DNA of 64,000 nt from Paraphysomonas bandaiensis (taxonomy: Eukaryota; Protista; Chrysophyceae), in NCBI GenBank assembly GCA_965644295.1, contig CBFFRP010000123.1, positions 248,001-312,000 of the forward strand. The letters run 5' to 3'. This document shows, in pieces, positions 24,411-36,896 of the stretch. Under the pieces are notes generated by a model. That model had not been told where the DNA came from, searched no databases, and saw only the letters and a program-made list of their open reading frames with translations. Both the position numbers and the translations under genes were made by a program. Position 1 is the first letter of the stretch; each line of letters begins with the position of its first letter.

Positions 24411-26633
24411 ATGCCCTCTGCATACTATTCAGTCAAGAAAGGAAGAAGCACAGGAGTGTTTAACACTTGGGATGAGTGCTCTCAACTAGTGATCGGGTAT
24501 CCAGGTGCTGAATATAAGAAGTTTAAGAGTAAAGCAGAGGCAGAGGCATATGCCTCTATATCGCCTAATATCTCACCCTCTATAAAGAAAAACACACCTA
24601 ATCCCTCACCATCTACAGGTAATTCATCACATCTGTCAGTGGATACCAAAGATCGACTGTCGGGAATAGCCTCCAGCTACTATGCGGTGCGTCATGGTCG
24701 TCATAAGGGGGTGTTTACTACTTGGGAAGAATGTAAACAATCTGTAAGCAGTTTTCCTGGAGCAGAATTTAAGAAATTCAAAAGAAAGAGTGAGGCAGAT
24801 GATTATGTTAACTCAGCTACCCCTTCAAAAATTGCTAAATCTGTCCGTAGTTCCGTTTCAAGGAATAGTGTTTCGGGTAGTCAAAATTTAGAGAATCTTA
24901 AGGAAGAGTTTAAGCTCTCCAATTGTCAGCTGAATGCTATAAAATATGTTCTCAAAGGCTACGATGTGTTTATATCTGGTCCAGCAGGTGTTGGAAAGTC
25001 ATTTGTTGTGGAGGTGCTTCAAAAATGTTACGCCGCCCTTTGTCAATCCCACTCTGCAAGTGAAAATAATGACAATGATATATGCCCGTCTATTGCCTTC
25101 ACTGCCTCTACGGGATGTGCCGCCAGCTGTATTAGAGGAGAGACTATTCATTCATGGGCTGGAGTAGGTATGGGCTTGACGTCTGAGCTCACTCCGCTCG
25201 AGCTTGTAGCGAAAATGGCTACACCTGCCAAAAAGAGATGGAGACGCACGGCGTGCTTACTTATCGATGAAGTTAGTATGCTTGCAGCGGGAGACTTAGA
25301 CAAGCTCTCTGAGATTGCATGTATACTACGTGGTAAGAAGGAACCTTTCGGAGGCATGCAGGTAGTATTGGTGGGGGATTTTTTTCAGTTGCCACCAGTC
25401 AAGCAAGCAACCGCTTATTGTTTTCAATCCCATGTATGGTCTGAGCTGTTCTCTCAGACGTCATCCAGTGAACGGAGGGGTGTTGTAGTATTACTAGATC
25501 AGATTGTACGGCAAAAAGATATGCATTTCTGTAGGATGCTTAATGAAGTAAGATGGGGACGAGTCAGCGAGACAACACACACAACACTTTACGAGAAGTG
25601 TCAGCAGTGTATGGTAGGGCAGAGTGCGACTACGACTACGAAATCAGTAAAACTCTTCAGTTTAGTACGGGACGTCGATCGTGTAAACGAAGAAAATCTC
25701 TTACTATTACCTGGTGACGTAGTGTCGTTTCTCGCGGAAGACTCCTCGCACCACTTGACAGGCCGCCTTAATAGTGAAACGAAGGCAGCAGAGTGCTTGA
25801 ACCTGAAGCGTGGTGCTCAGGTAATGTTAATACAGAATTTGGATCCATCACAAGGGCTAGTTAATGGTACCATTGGCCGAGTAGTTAGATTTGAAAATGT
25901 TCTGTCTGAGGATGGCACAGAACTAGAGAAGAGACCAGTCGTTCGATTTTTTGTGAATCGAGTAAGTGGTACTTCTCATGACGAGCAAAGAGCGATGGCA
26001 CGTGGACTCTCTCAGCGGATTCCGGGGCATAATAAGGGATATATCCGACTCTGTCAGCTTGGGTATACGCCTTGGACTGGTCTGGGAAAGGAGGAGCAGG
26101 GTAGATCTGAGCCTATTAGTCTTCCTCTTGTCAACAAGGTGTCAATGGGATTATCAGTACCAACCAGTGATATCATCGAACGCACAATGGATTATGAATG
26201 TTTTCACCTTCACGATGCGTATCAAGAAGTAATTGGAACTCGAAAGCAAATACCACTAATTTTAGCATATGCTATGACTATTCATAAGGTATGTTCACAT
26301 TGTGACTTGTGGAACCATGTGTCACGGGGTATTTCCATGTTGTAGTCTCAAGGAATGAGCATACCGGACCTAGATATTGATATGAGGGGAATATTTACCA
26401 GCGGTCAAGCTTATGTTGCTCTCAGTCGAGCAATTAGCTTTGATTCTCTTCGATTACACTCATACAACGTCAAGTTGATCAGAGCGAATTCTTCTGTAGT
26501 ACAATACTACTCTGCTCTATCCAAAGATATCTCCAGTAAATGCGATAGTAACGAATTTGTATCGACTTCTATACATGACTTAATAACATCATGTCGACAA
26601 GAAAATGTGGACAAATATAGAGATATAATATGA
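24411..26633 (+). CDS. Pif1-family helicase with two RNase H1 N-terminal hybrid-binding domains and an internal G-patch
   Basis: HBDs YYSVKKGRSTGVFNTWDEC...YKKF and YYAVRHGRHKGVFTTWEEC...FKKF; helicase motifs GPAGVGKS, TASTG, TIHSWAG, IDEVSM, PFGGMQVVLVGDFFQLPPV, RQKD, GAQVMLIQN, LVNG, QIPLILAYAMTIHK|SQG (intron 26289-26345), GQAYVALSR. Confidence 0.9.
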
Positions 26634-27044
26634 CTAAAGTAGTGCCTTTCGTTTTTTATTCGTTTGTCCTTGTGCTCGAAAATATTTTCCTGCCAGCGAG
26701 TTATGAACACACGTGTCAAGGTATCACGATGTGCTACAAACTTTAAAAAGTAAGGGGATGTTTCATTGTTCTGTACTTCAAAGTATTTTAACACCTGTTT
26801 GTTACACCGTGCATGAGTCCCAAAATTTCGTTGTAATAGCGAGATACTAACAGTATTCGAGATACTATAAATGCGATGAAAAAGTACTGCATATGAGACA
26901 TGTGTGTAAGGCGTATGGTTGCACGGGTGTTAATCACAGTTTATTAATCTAACTACTTGTGCAGTATGATACAAAGAAAGAACAACACCATTTTTTAAGT
27001 TATAAATATAATCAAATTAAACCCTAGTCAAATGCACTTCAATG

Positions 27045-28068
27045 CAGGCTTGAGTAACAATTAATTTGTGACGGATTCCCAACAATAATAATTGCTATTA
27101 CTAATCAAGCATCCAATTATTTGCAATGCAATTAATCTCTGAACTCTGAACTATAATCTCATCACAAGGATGCCGATTCTCACGCAGAAACATCAACATT
27201 TCAATGTGTCTAGTTGTCATTCGCTTGAGAAAATCAGTCATAACAATCTTAGCTCTGCTAAAAAAACTTTCACAAACAATTCTTCATGCTACGATATCAT
27301 GTTGGCAGTTTGTGCGTACTTTTTTGCGCGTTCGGTTGTCTTTAAGTAAACGAATGGCCTCGCCTTCCTCCTCCACATCTTTCTCTTAATCGAGTTCACC
27401 TTTATGTGAAAGTACATCATTTATCAAAAAGCGTCGCACCTGTAATTTTCAGCGCGGTCCAGTTCTTCTTCCCTACCACGCTGAATTTTGACTACACTAC
27501 TCTCTCGAAATTTGCATTTTGTATCCAGGTGGGTTTCCGTCCCAGGATACTGACAAATTAAATCATCTAATTGCACCCGGACATCATCTAGATCAAGCTG
27601 TTTTTCTCCAGCTGTACACACACACTACGGTTTCTCTGTATGAGTGTATTTTTGCACACACATATAATTATTTTGATAGTGGTACCTAACAGATACGCTT
27701 TTAACGTCATTTACACCGCTATACTCGAGTATTTCGAAGCAGTTGAATATCTGCAATCACCTTATATGCCATGTATCTAGACGATCATTGTGGAGGTGCT
27801 CTGTTTGTTCTTTGCCAACGACCTTTGACATGACATACTCTATATTACCATTGCATGCTGAGGTTAAAGCGTATGATTAATAAAATGATAAAAAGACTGT
27901 GCATATACATCCAAACTTCTATGCTAACATACATCTATGATCAGTAGCTATACATATTGGATGCTATTTATAACTTAGCCAGCCAATTAATTGCAATTAA
28001 TTGGCAACATTGACCAATAATAATTAAAATTATCACTTTTAAAACCAATTAATTGTTACGCAAGCCTG
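27045..28068 (-). mobile_element. Non-autonomous hAT element, family A (1024 bp)
   Basis: TIRs CAGGCTTGAGTAACAATTAATT / AATTAATTGTTACGCAAGCCTG; 8-bp TSD CTTCAATG/CTTCTATG; hAT dimerisation-domain relic CESFFSRAKIVMTD...IEMLMFLREN. Confidence 0.9.
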
Positions 28069-29086
28069 CTTCTATGATATTCTTTTTTCTACACACATTA
28101 TGACGAGGGTACGTACCCTATTGGCGGCATAACTTCTCAGAATGATTTATCTTGAACGTCTAGTATCTTCAGGTCAAACAGATCGCGGGGCAGATATTCA
28201 ACTACTTTTGCGAATCATAGCACAAATTAATTATACGGCAGGTAACATCAAGTGCATTGGGTATATGGTTCGAGGAATAAGGAGGCAACAGCTAGTGTTA
28301 CATAATGGAATGCAACATAGAGTTACAAGCAGCAACGGGAAATATATATCAAAGTAAACTATAACAAATAAATCTAAAACTTTAGCTCTCATTGACATGA
28401 ATATTCCCATTATCAACATATTCCTCTTTGGGACATATAGTGCATGTGCTATAGGCACTGAATCCCATAATCTTCTTTATGCTGCTGTGAAGTAACCGAT
28501 ACAGGACATGTCTCGAGCGACCACTATAAAATGCTCGACCTCCAAGCAAAGTGATAGCATTCAAGTAAAACATATGGGAAGCGAGAAGTCATTTAGGTCC
28601 GTATCTCTATCGCCACAGTATGGGTATGATATCCTGAGCACACTCTTAGTTGTTGTTGCATTTCAGCAGTTTCTATCCTGATGATGATAATGAGTAGTGC
28701 ATCAACCCCATGGTATAATCTTTAAATTGCTGAAAACAAGTGCTAATCTCAAGTAAATTCTACTCAATTGATTTGTGTTACTATACTACTCGTATATACA
28801 TAGCCATATCTATAGACACATATACACACTGCACATATACAGCAGAGTGTAGTATGAGTATATGCAAATCGAGATCAAAAATGGGAAAAACAGCCTTCCA
28901 TTTTTCCGACATTTCACCAAAATGAGGTCTAATTATTCCATAAAAAAGTCAGATAAAAGGGGAAATATCCTTAAAAATATGCCTAAAATATGTCTGTGTG
29001 TGTGATCTTATAGGGATTTCTACAGACTGAAGAAAAACTTTTGAACTGTTGATAGGAAAAAACTTAAAGTAACAAAAGTCATAAAC

Positions 29087-29140
29087 ATGAAGTGACTTGA
29101 AGTGATATGAAGTGACTTGAAGTGATATGAAGTAAGTGAT
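29087..29140. repeat. Tandem repeat of TGAAGTGA(CT/TA) 10-mers upstream of the DysF-PH gene
   Basis: ATGAAGTGACTTGAAGTGAT twice plus a partial copy. Confidence 0.8.
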
Positions 29141-29261
29141 TATTCATAGTGTTTATATACTGTATACATACATACTATTCCTACTATATCTTATATATAG
29201 TAATCCTCGTTACCATATTTAATATATGAAAACCCCTGTACACATGGAACATATTTAACAT

Positions 29262-31406
29262 ATGGAGGAAGTCGCATTCTATATACAGTAAGTCATATAT
29301 ATGTAACCCAACTATGATTGAATATATATTCAGATCATGTGGATATGATGTGGTGATACAAACAGTATGGGAGAATGAAAGATCACGTTCTGGAAACAGT
29401 TTAAGTTCCTTGTTTAAAGATACATATGATTTTATATATCTACAGCCATCTGATTGTCCTCATTGGCTTTATAACAGTCGACGAGTTAATAACTTATCAT
29501 CGATAGATATACCGAAGGGTTATAGTCCATTATATCCATGGACGTTTCATGTAACATCCACATGTATGAATAGTAATCAACAAACTGATTCCAATGGATG
29601 GATATACGCGACTGACTTTACATCAGATGAATGGTCGCCATATAAATTAAGTGATAGTCAAGTACGTAAAAGAAAATGGCAACGATTATTGATATTAAAT
29701 GAAGATATTCATACTGTTCGTGAGGTTCTTCCTGTCTACTATGCAGAACTTGTTGCATATCGATCATATCACCCTGATATGATATCTCTCGCTTTAGGAA
29801 GTAATGATTACGTCGTTCAAATAATAATTGAAGCTGAGCGATTAGGAACTAATGGTACTTATTCTGCAGACAATCTACTGTTGTCAGACCCGTGTCACTG
29901 GAGTGTGGGAAGGTTGAGCCCAGAGAAGAGTATAATATGTATGGAGAAGTTGTCATATCACAACACTTGTGTACCCCCGGGATGGAGCATATTGCATGAG
30001 TTCATGTTCACATTATATCCAGGAAAAGACCCACTAGGTTGGGAATATAGTTCGTCTTTTACTGATAACTGGTCGCGTGAACCACCTCCTGCATCAACTA
30101 TAGAATCCAACTCACGTTCAGTTCATAGCGGGGAGTGGACTGCAGTTAAATCGGTCCGTCGTCGGATTTGGATGCGAACAATTGTTCCACACTCGGATTT
30201 TTTACGTGCTCGCTCTTTAGTCAGCAATCACATAAGTCTTCATCCTAGAGGAAATGTATATAGGGCACCCATCTTGCGACTACGGCCGTTCTCGAAGATC
30301 TGGTCTCTCGGTGAGGTGCGTATATTATGTATAAATATTATCTATATAGTAGACAGCCCATGTAGAATAATGTATTACCGTTCTTCTGCGATAATCATTT
30401 TACAACTTCACGAACAGGGAATACTCTCAGATGACCAACTTACAATTCTCCTCGATACTCAGGAAACTGTCACCGTTAAACTTAGGGGTCTTGAGGTGGT
30501 ATCTTTACGCCCAGGTGACCATGTTGGGTGTGGAGGTGGGTTCGGTCTACGGAAACGAATACTGGGCAACCCTGATAATGACATGATATGCTATCTTAGT
30601 GCTGAGACAGCGCATGAGCGCGAGAAATGGGAAATTGCACTCACCCACCAGTTGGCCCTGCTTGATATGGACTTCTTTGCTGTACCCTTTGGTCCATGCA
30701 TTCCAGATGACATACTATTGACAGATGATATGTGGAAGCGTGGTGATTTCATTCCCTCATGGAGACTGCGTACTATAGAGCTCCGACAGAGTGGGACGCT
30801 TATATACTACGCTGGGGCGCTTCTCAAGGGAAAGGTTAACACCAACGGCTCCGTTGTTAATAAGAACCCGGTGGATTCAGGCGGAAAGGAGCATGTCTTC
30901 GAGGTATGTATATGATGAGTATGTACAAATGTTACAGCTGATTATTCCAACATTGTTGAATGACTTAATATCCTTAGGTTATAACGCGGGACGACTGTAG
31001 AATTCTCTTGCGGGCGATGACAAGTTCTGTAAAAAATAAGTGGATAGAGGCGCTGGCGGCATTTACCTCGCAATCCAATATTCGTACAGATACAGTTTTG
31101 TCACCATCTAATATCGAGAGTCAGAGCAGTCTCTTATTGGGCGAGTATACCTCGCGGTCATTCAGTACGGGGGGACCTATTCACAAGCCAGTAGGGCGCA
31201 TGAGGTCTACAACAGCGCAAGTATTCCCATGTGAAGAGAACACCGATATTTTGAGCAATGCTATAGAACTCTCTGCAATATATCCTGATAGTAGTCCCAT
31301 GGACACATCGCATGTCCATGCACCTATTTCCCCGTTGAAATCTAATTTGATGTGGAGAGAAGCGAAACCTGTACAACGGGAAGGGGTGCGGAGCAGTTTT
31401 CTATAG
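29262..31406 (+). CDS. Protein with two dysferlin (DysF/Pex24-like) domains and PH domains, multi-exon
   Basis: WENER...TDSNGWIYATDF...VRKRKWQR and DPLGWEYSSSF...VRRRIWMR; PH motifs LSAETAHEREKWEIAL and MWKRGDFIPSWRLR...KNKWIEAL. Confidence 0.75.
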
Positions 31407-31761
31407 TGCATCACACCAAGGTTTTGTTATGCGTATTTGTGTTTTTTGAATATAGCTTCTTGTTTTGAATATATCAACATAACTAATTTGTCATTAGGTG
31501 GCTAGCACAATATATACTAAGTTCATTATACGTCAGTAGAGTTATATTACATGAAAAACTTGTGTGATTTATTACATAGACTCATGAATAGGAGCTCAGA
31601 AATAACACTAAAAGAGTGACTGTTAACTGTATTTAATGTATCTGTTCTGGACAGGCGTATTATATTAAATGTCTTATATTATTTAGCAATAGGCATGTGA
31701 GGGTTATGTGGTACTATAAGCTTAAGTTAATAATCTATACTTTATACTCACACAAGTTTTT

Positions 31762-33597
31762 CAGGGCCTGGTAACCGTTAATGGCCCGTTACTGGTAGTC
31801 CAGTTCCCGGCAATTATAATGGCCGTTAATGGCCATTAGTACCTACTAACTTAAAGTAGATAATACCACTCATACTAGATAGTGTAGTGCTCCCTTAATT
31901 AATAATATTTACTTAATTGCAGACTACGAATTGTAACTACTTCTTGCTATCTACTGACACATCAGGATATTCTTGCAGAGCTTCATGGAGGGTATAAGCA
32001 TCCAACAACATGTAATTGGCTCGTAGGAATAGCAACGATTCTAGACGGTAGAGAATCATGTTTCTACACTCAGGTGTGATTATCAACTTTGCATGGCCTA
32101 AGAACCTCTCAACAACATTAGATATTGTGCTTCAATATGAAGCAAGCAGGGGTAGTTGGACTCATTGGTACCAAGTCGAGATCTCTTGGTGACCTCGGCG
32201 CTCTTCAGAACACGCTGTGCAAAATCAGTTCCTTCACTCTCGTCCTCGTTATTTCTGTCGGGTGTGCCAAAATCAATAGATGACCAGAAAGCATAGAAAG
32301 TAGGATAGCTATGGCAATAAGCTTCAACTAGCTACAAAAACGTACGCAGGAGTGTTGGTTGTAGTAGCCTAATAAATATCCTACAATTTAATGCTAGAAG
32401 CGAATTACTAAATATTAGCAAATAGACGAGTAAGAGTCAAAACTAATGTAGCATAACAATATAACTAAATCGTGCTTAACTCTACTGATATCCTACTATT
32501 TTGCGCTACGAAAGCTGCTTGTTGGTCACCGCAAGCACCAAGGTGCAACTACTTTTGCTCTCTCTGTCCTTAAGATGAACTAGACTCATTCCCAGATTCC
32601 TGTTTATATGCCATGACCCAAAAACTTCTACACAAGTGACACTTATGTTAGTGTCCCTTGTACCACACAAGCATTTGGCTATATGAGTGGGCATAACAAT
32701 GTCTGTTAACTCCGGTGATCCCCCAGAAAACCACGAAAAGGTGCGAGTCCGACTTTGATGAGGGTGTAACTAGTATGAAAGTCTGATTATTACATGAGTA
32801 CGGTTGCGTACAGAAACTAGTTTATGTCGAGGGTGTAACTAGATAATAGCCGACACCGGTCACACTACACACTACACACTACACACTAGATAGTGTGTTG
32901 CCACCTTTTGCAAGACCTTCATCCACATACCTCCGAGCCACTTGGCGCAATGCCTAAAGGAAGGCCACCAGATCGCCAATATAAGCAGGGTATAGTACTA
33001 TGTTCCCCTGGTTGCCGTGAGGTACAAAAGGCAGTCCCCGATGCAAATTGCACACAATGTATGTGTAGTCTTAAGCGTTCCAGTGTTGTAGTAGTAGACT
33101 TAGATCACTGCTTTCACTTGTCATGCTGTACGTTGCACAACGTGTCCCCTACATACACATCTATCATATAGCGCCGGTGAGTCCTAGGACACACGACAAT
33201 GGCGAAACTCGCAATCAACATCAAGGACGGAAGTGGTCGCACCTTGGTGCTTGCGGCGACGCACAAGCAGCTTCTGTAGCGTTAAATAGTAGGATAATGG
33301 AATTTGTGCTGATTAGTTATGGGTAGAGGTCTAACTAGTATGTCTAGCATTCAACTAGCCACTATATTGGCACAGGTTTTTAACGCCTATTGCTAAATAA
33401 AAAGACTTTCAATATAGTGTGTTGCCCCCTGACTTACTAATCTAAACTACACTTATTTTATTGCTCTCCACTGGCACATTGCATATCTGAAAAACACTTC
33501 AATCTTTATAGCATATATCAAGTTCCAGTAAGGAGTGACATTTATTATCCATTAAAGGTGCCCAGTTCCCGGAAATTATAGGGGTTACTAAGCCCTG
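31762..33597 (-). mobile_element. Degenerate hAT element, family B, interrupted by repeat X
   Basis: Ends CAGGGCCTGGTAACC / GGTTACTAAGCCCTG; minus-strand relic SNVVERFLGHAKLIITPECRNMILYRLESLLFLRAN. No matching TSD seen. Confidence 0.7.
32350..33414. repeat. Unclassified dispersed repeat X (longest copy)
   Basis: Segments match 63310-63850 (reverse), 49430-49700 plus 51166-51285, and 17990-18122; internal inverted segment 32488-32548 versus 33238-33296. Confidence 0.7.
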
Positions 33598-33897
33598 GTA
33601 TCATAAGGAACTCAACTCTGAAAATCTAATAACTGTAGAACAGATTATAATATTAGTGCTAATAAAATTATTCTAATTGATAAGGTAAAGGTACTCATTG
33701 CCACGTGGTTTCATCAACTTCGGATATAAGGCTATTAAAAATGCTCTTGAAAAAGACAATTGCGATTTAGTTAGATTGCAAATACAATAATTTAACAATA
33801 TATACGAAACTAACAGCAAAACATGCAAAATAAATATCACCACAAAATGTAGAACAAAGATCAGTGTGTTGACAAAAATTCGTCGTTTTACATGTAA

Positions 33898-36896
33898 CTA
33901 TTTCTGATTTCTAAGTGGCGTATCCTCCACAATAGCACGAGTTCGTCGTACTGGTGTACTCAACGAAGCTGCAGCAGAAGCTGGTCGGGATATCATTGAC
34001 GCTTTCTCGGCTTTTAACTCTTCACTGAGCATACGTCTTCGCTTTGATTGATGTCTCTCTGTCCTTCCCGGTTTTGACTCGAAAAGTGCAGGGGAGAGAC
34101 TTCTGCTCCGTGGCTGGGAGGGAAATGATGATACATGGGTTGCGCATGTCCCGGTGCTGACGCTATGCTGTTTCTTAAGTCGCCCTTCCATGTCGGATCT
34201 CTTCCCCACGGTGGATGAACGAGGAGCTGATAAGAGCGAATTTCTCTTGCGTGGCTGAGTAAATGATGATGATTCAGAGAGAATATCCTTTGCAGATGAA
34301 ATCTTTGCATCAATGGGGAAGACTGGAGATGCTCGATCCCGTCCCTGCGTTGCGGATTGGGCAATACCACTCTTTGAGTGAGTCGGAGCAAGTACATCTG
34401 TCGGTAATCTCCCGCGAATATGATGCTTGAGTGGAGGTCTGACTATGTGCTCCTCTGGTTTATGCTCAGCTGCACATTCTGCATCAGCAGTCTTCTGTTT
34501 TGAAAATGGCCTGAATCTTGGGGTACATGCTGTCACTTGGTCCTCCTCTTTACGAAGGTCATCAGGGTCTTCCATGTCTGCTACAATGCCTTCCACTATT
34601 TCCGAGAGGTGGGTGGCATAGCGGCTCCTAAGAAACCGCACGACATCTCTTATTCCCATATACTGCCTGTCGGGCCGCTGTACCCCTCTCCTACCACCAC
34701 TCAGGGTCACCTGCTGTTCAGAGTACACAACGAAGGACAACCCACATTGCTCCAATAACAGCCAGCGAGTCTCCACCGCCGACAAGTGAATATTAGTAGC
34801 TGAAACATTAGGAACAAAGTCATCATCCGTGGGATTTTGGGCAAAGATGTGAGCAAGTACAGACATCGCTCGCATGACACCTCGCTGAACCATCTTGGAG
34901 AACTTCATTGCGCCGTCCCTCTTCTTCCTTTTTCCGTATTTCTTGGGATCCATAAGTTTTGTTTGCAGATGTAGGAGTACAAATAGGAAACCGCTGGCAC
35001 AGCTCACAAAAAGTTTGCTACTATCAGTCTCGGTGCTGCCGCATTCTTTGCGTCCAGTAGTTAACTCACTATAACGGGACGAAAACCCCATCATCCCCAG
35101 CAGTACAGCGCTTATTCCATTCAATCGTTTCGATACCTTGTTATCATGAATATATTCAGATTCTTCAAGCCCTCTTTTGCGCTTTGTAGAGACCGATGGG
35201 CACACAAGGCGACATAATTTTTCCGCAGCTGTAGTTGGTGGTACCCTCCGGAACAAGACGCAATCTATTAATGTATCCTTACTTTTCGGACCGACCTTAT
35301 GCTCATTGAAGAGTCGCTCCAAGGCATTGCGAACCTCATTTGCTCCTGGACCATCCCATCTATCCGCACCCTCAATTGCTTCAATTGTCACAACTTGCTT
35401 CTCCTTCATATCATCAACGCTGGAAAGAGATGGATCTTTAGTTGGCGTCGACGGCGGTCTCGACGACTTTGAATGCTGTTCAACATTGTGATCAATATTG
35501 GTAGGGGAAGTGGCAGTTCGCACACGAGTAGACGAGCTATTATCGGGCATACCACTGGAGCACTGACTCTTTGGCTCTCCAGAAGCACCACCAAGTACGA
35601 CAGCTGCACCTTGCATGACTGAAGAAAATAGCCCACCCACTGCACTCACCATCTTGCCAAGGGGTGCCTCCCCATTGGAGGCGAAAAGAGGTCCATCCTC
35701 ATCATCTACGTTGCTATATTCCAAGTTCATTGTCTCTCCACCATTCACAGTTTCCATTTGTAGCTCCGGAAAAATGCTTCGAGAGCCAGACTCACCGCAG
35801 GGGGACAGATAGGAGTAGGGTGGGGACACGGAGGTAGTGGCAGACTGAGAAAACGGTATTGTTTGGCGAATGGAATTAGATTGAGGAGTTTCCTCAGGTG
35901 AAAGAGTATCGTCAATACCATCACTGGTAGAATTGAGACTTTCTTGAGTATTAATTACGGGAGAGGGCGAAAGCCCCAACGGAGAAGTTGGTGCAAGAGG
36001 ACTGTTCGGACTGGGGGCCATCTCCCTAAGCCAACAAGGAACTGACTCGCTTGGAGTCTTTGATACTGATGTGGATGTTGTAGTTAGGGCAGCTGAGCAA
36101 GCGGAATTGTGACTATAGCTACGGCGTAAGTTCCGTCGTCCTATTGAGTCGGTGGTTGATAAGGACGATTCAGGTCTCTCTCCAGCAACATTAGTCGTGA
36201 TGCCTACAGATGGTGATGGTGTCATTCTATCAATCCTATCCATACTACTGGGTGCATGACGGGCATAGGACGTAGCATTCGGAGAAACCCTATGCTCCAC
36301 AGCCGAGTTATATGCGTCATTAAGAGGTACTTCTGGGGTCGTTCTGGTGTCATACACAAGAATCAAAGCAGTATCACATCCTACTGCACACAGTAGGCCA
36401 GGATATTCCTTGGAGCTGACACCTTGAAGTGGCAAAGAAGTGGGCCGAGATCTTGATGTTGAATGAAAAGAGCTGGGATGAAACCGAACCATACATTGAG
36501 AGGATGAATTGTTCTTGAAAAGCTCTTCCAAGTATGACGTAAACACATGCGTCTTTCCATTTCTAGTGCACATTTCGACTCCACTGGAGGACAACGTACA
36601 ATGAATAGTTCCACAAATGGACTTTTTCTGCGCTAAATTAACATGCATCTGCGTTGATTTTGAAGCAGTTATTCGAGAGACTGAGTAGTCTGTATTGAAT
36701 ACATTAGAGGGATGTGATTGGAGCTGTATTATAATATACACGTACCGTTTAACTCAGAGCATAAGTTCATATTGCAATCCACGTCACATAAAGACTCTGA
36801 AATATACTGAAAATCCACTCCGCATACAGATGATGTATTGAGGGGACACCCTTCACCCTCAGGAGTGACTTGAGCGACTGTTAATCTCTTATTCAT
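33898..36896 (-). CDS. Large Ser/Pro-rich, partly disordered protein of unknown function
   Basis: 947-aa open exon plus short first exon (ATG 36896, intron about 36690-36745); many SP/TP sites and basic clusters (KRKR, KKYGKRKKR). Confidence 0.75.

Noticed and set aside
28142-28700. Short overlapping ORFs next to the hAT element
   Set aside because: No coherent spliced model or domain motif.
29087-29140. Possible CRISPR or telomeric array
   Set aside because: Simple short tandem repeat without spacers in eukaryotic DNA; not a telomere-type unit.
32750-32790. Hammerhead-like TTGATGAG...GAAA in repeat X
   Set aside because: The core is not CTGATGA, stems are unconvincing, and other copies read TTGTTGAG.
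33380-33414. IESLFI on the minus strand, resembling the end of a Penelope GIY-YIG domain
   Set aside because: Only six residues, followed by stops; no RT nearby.
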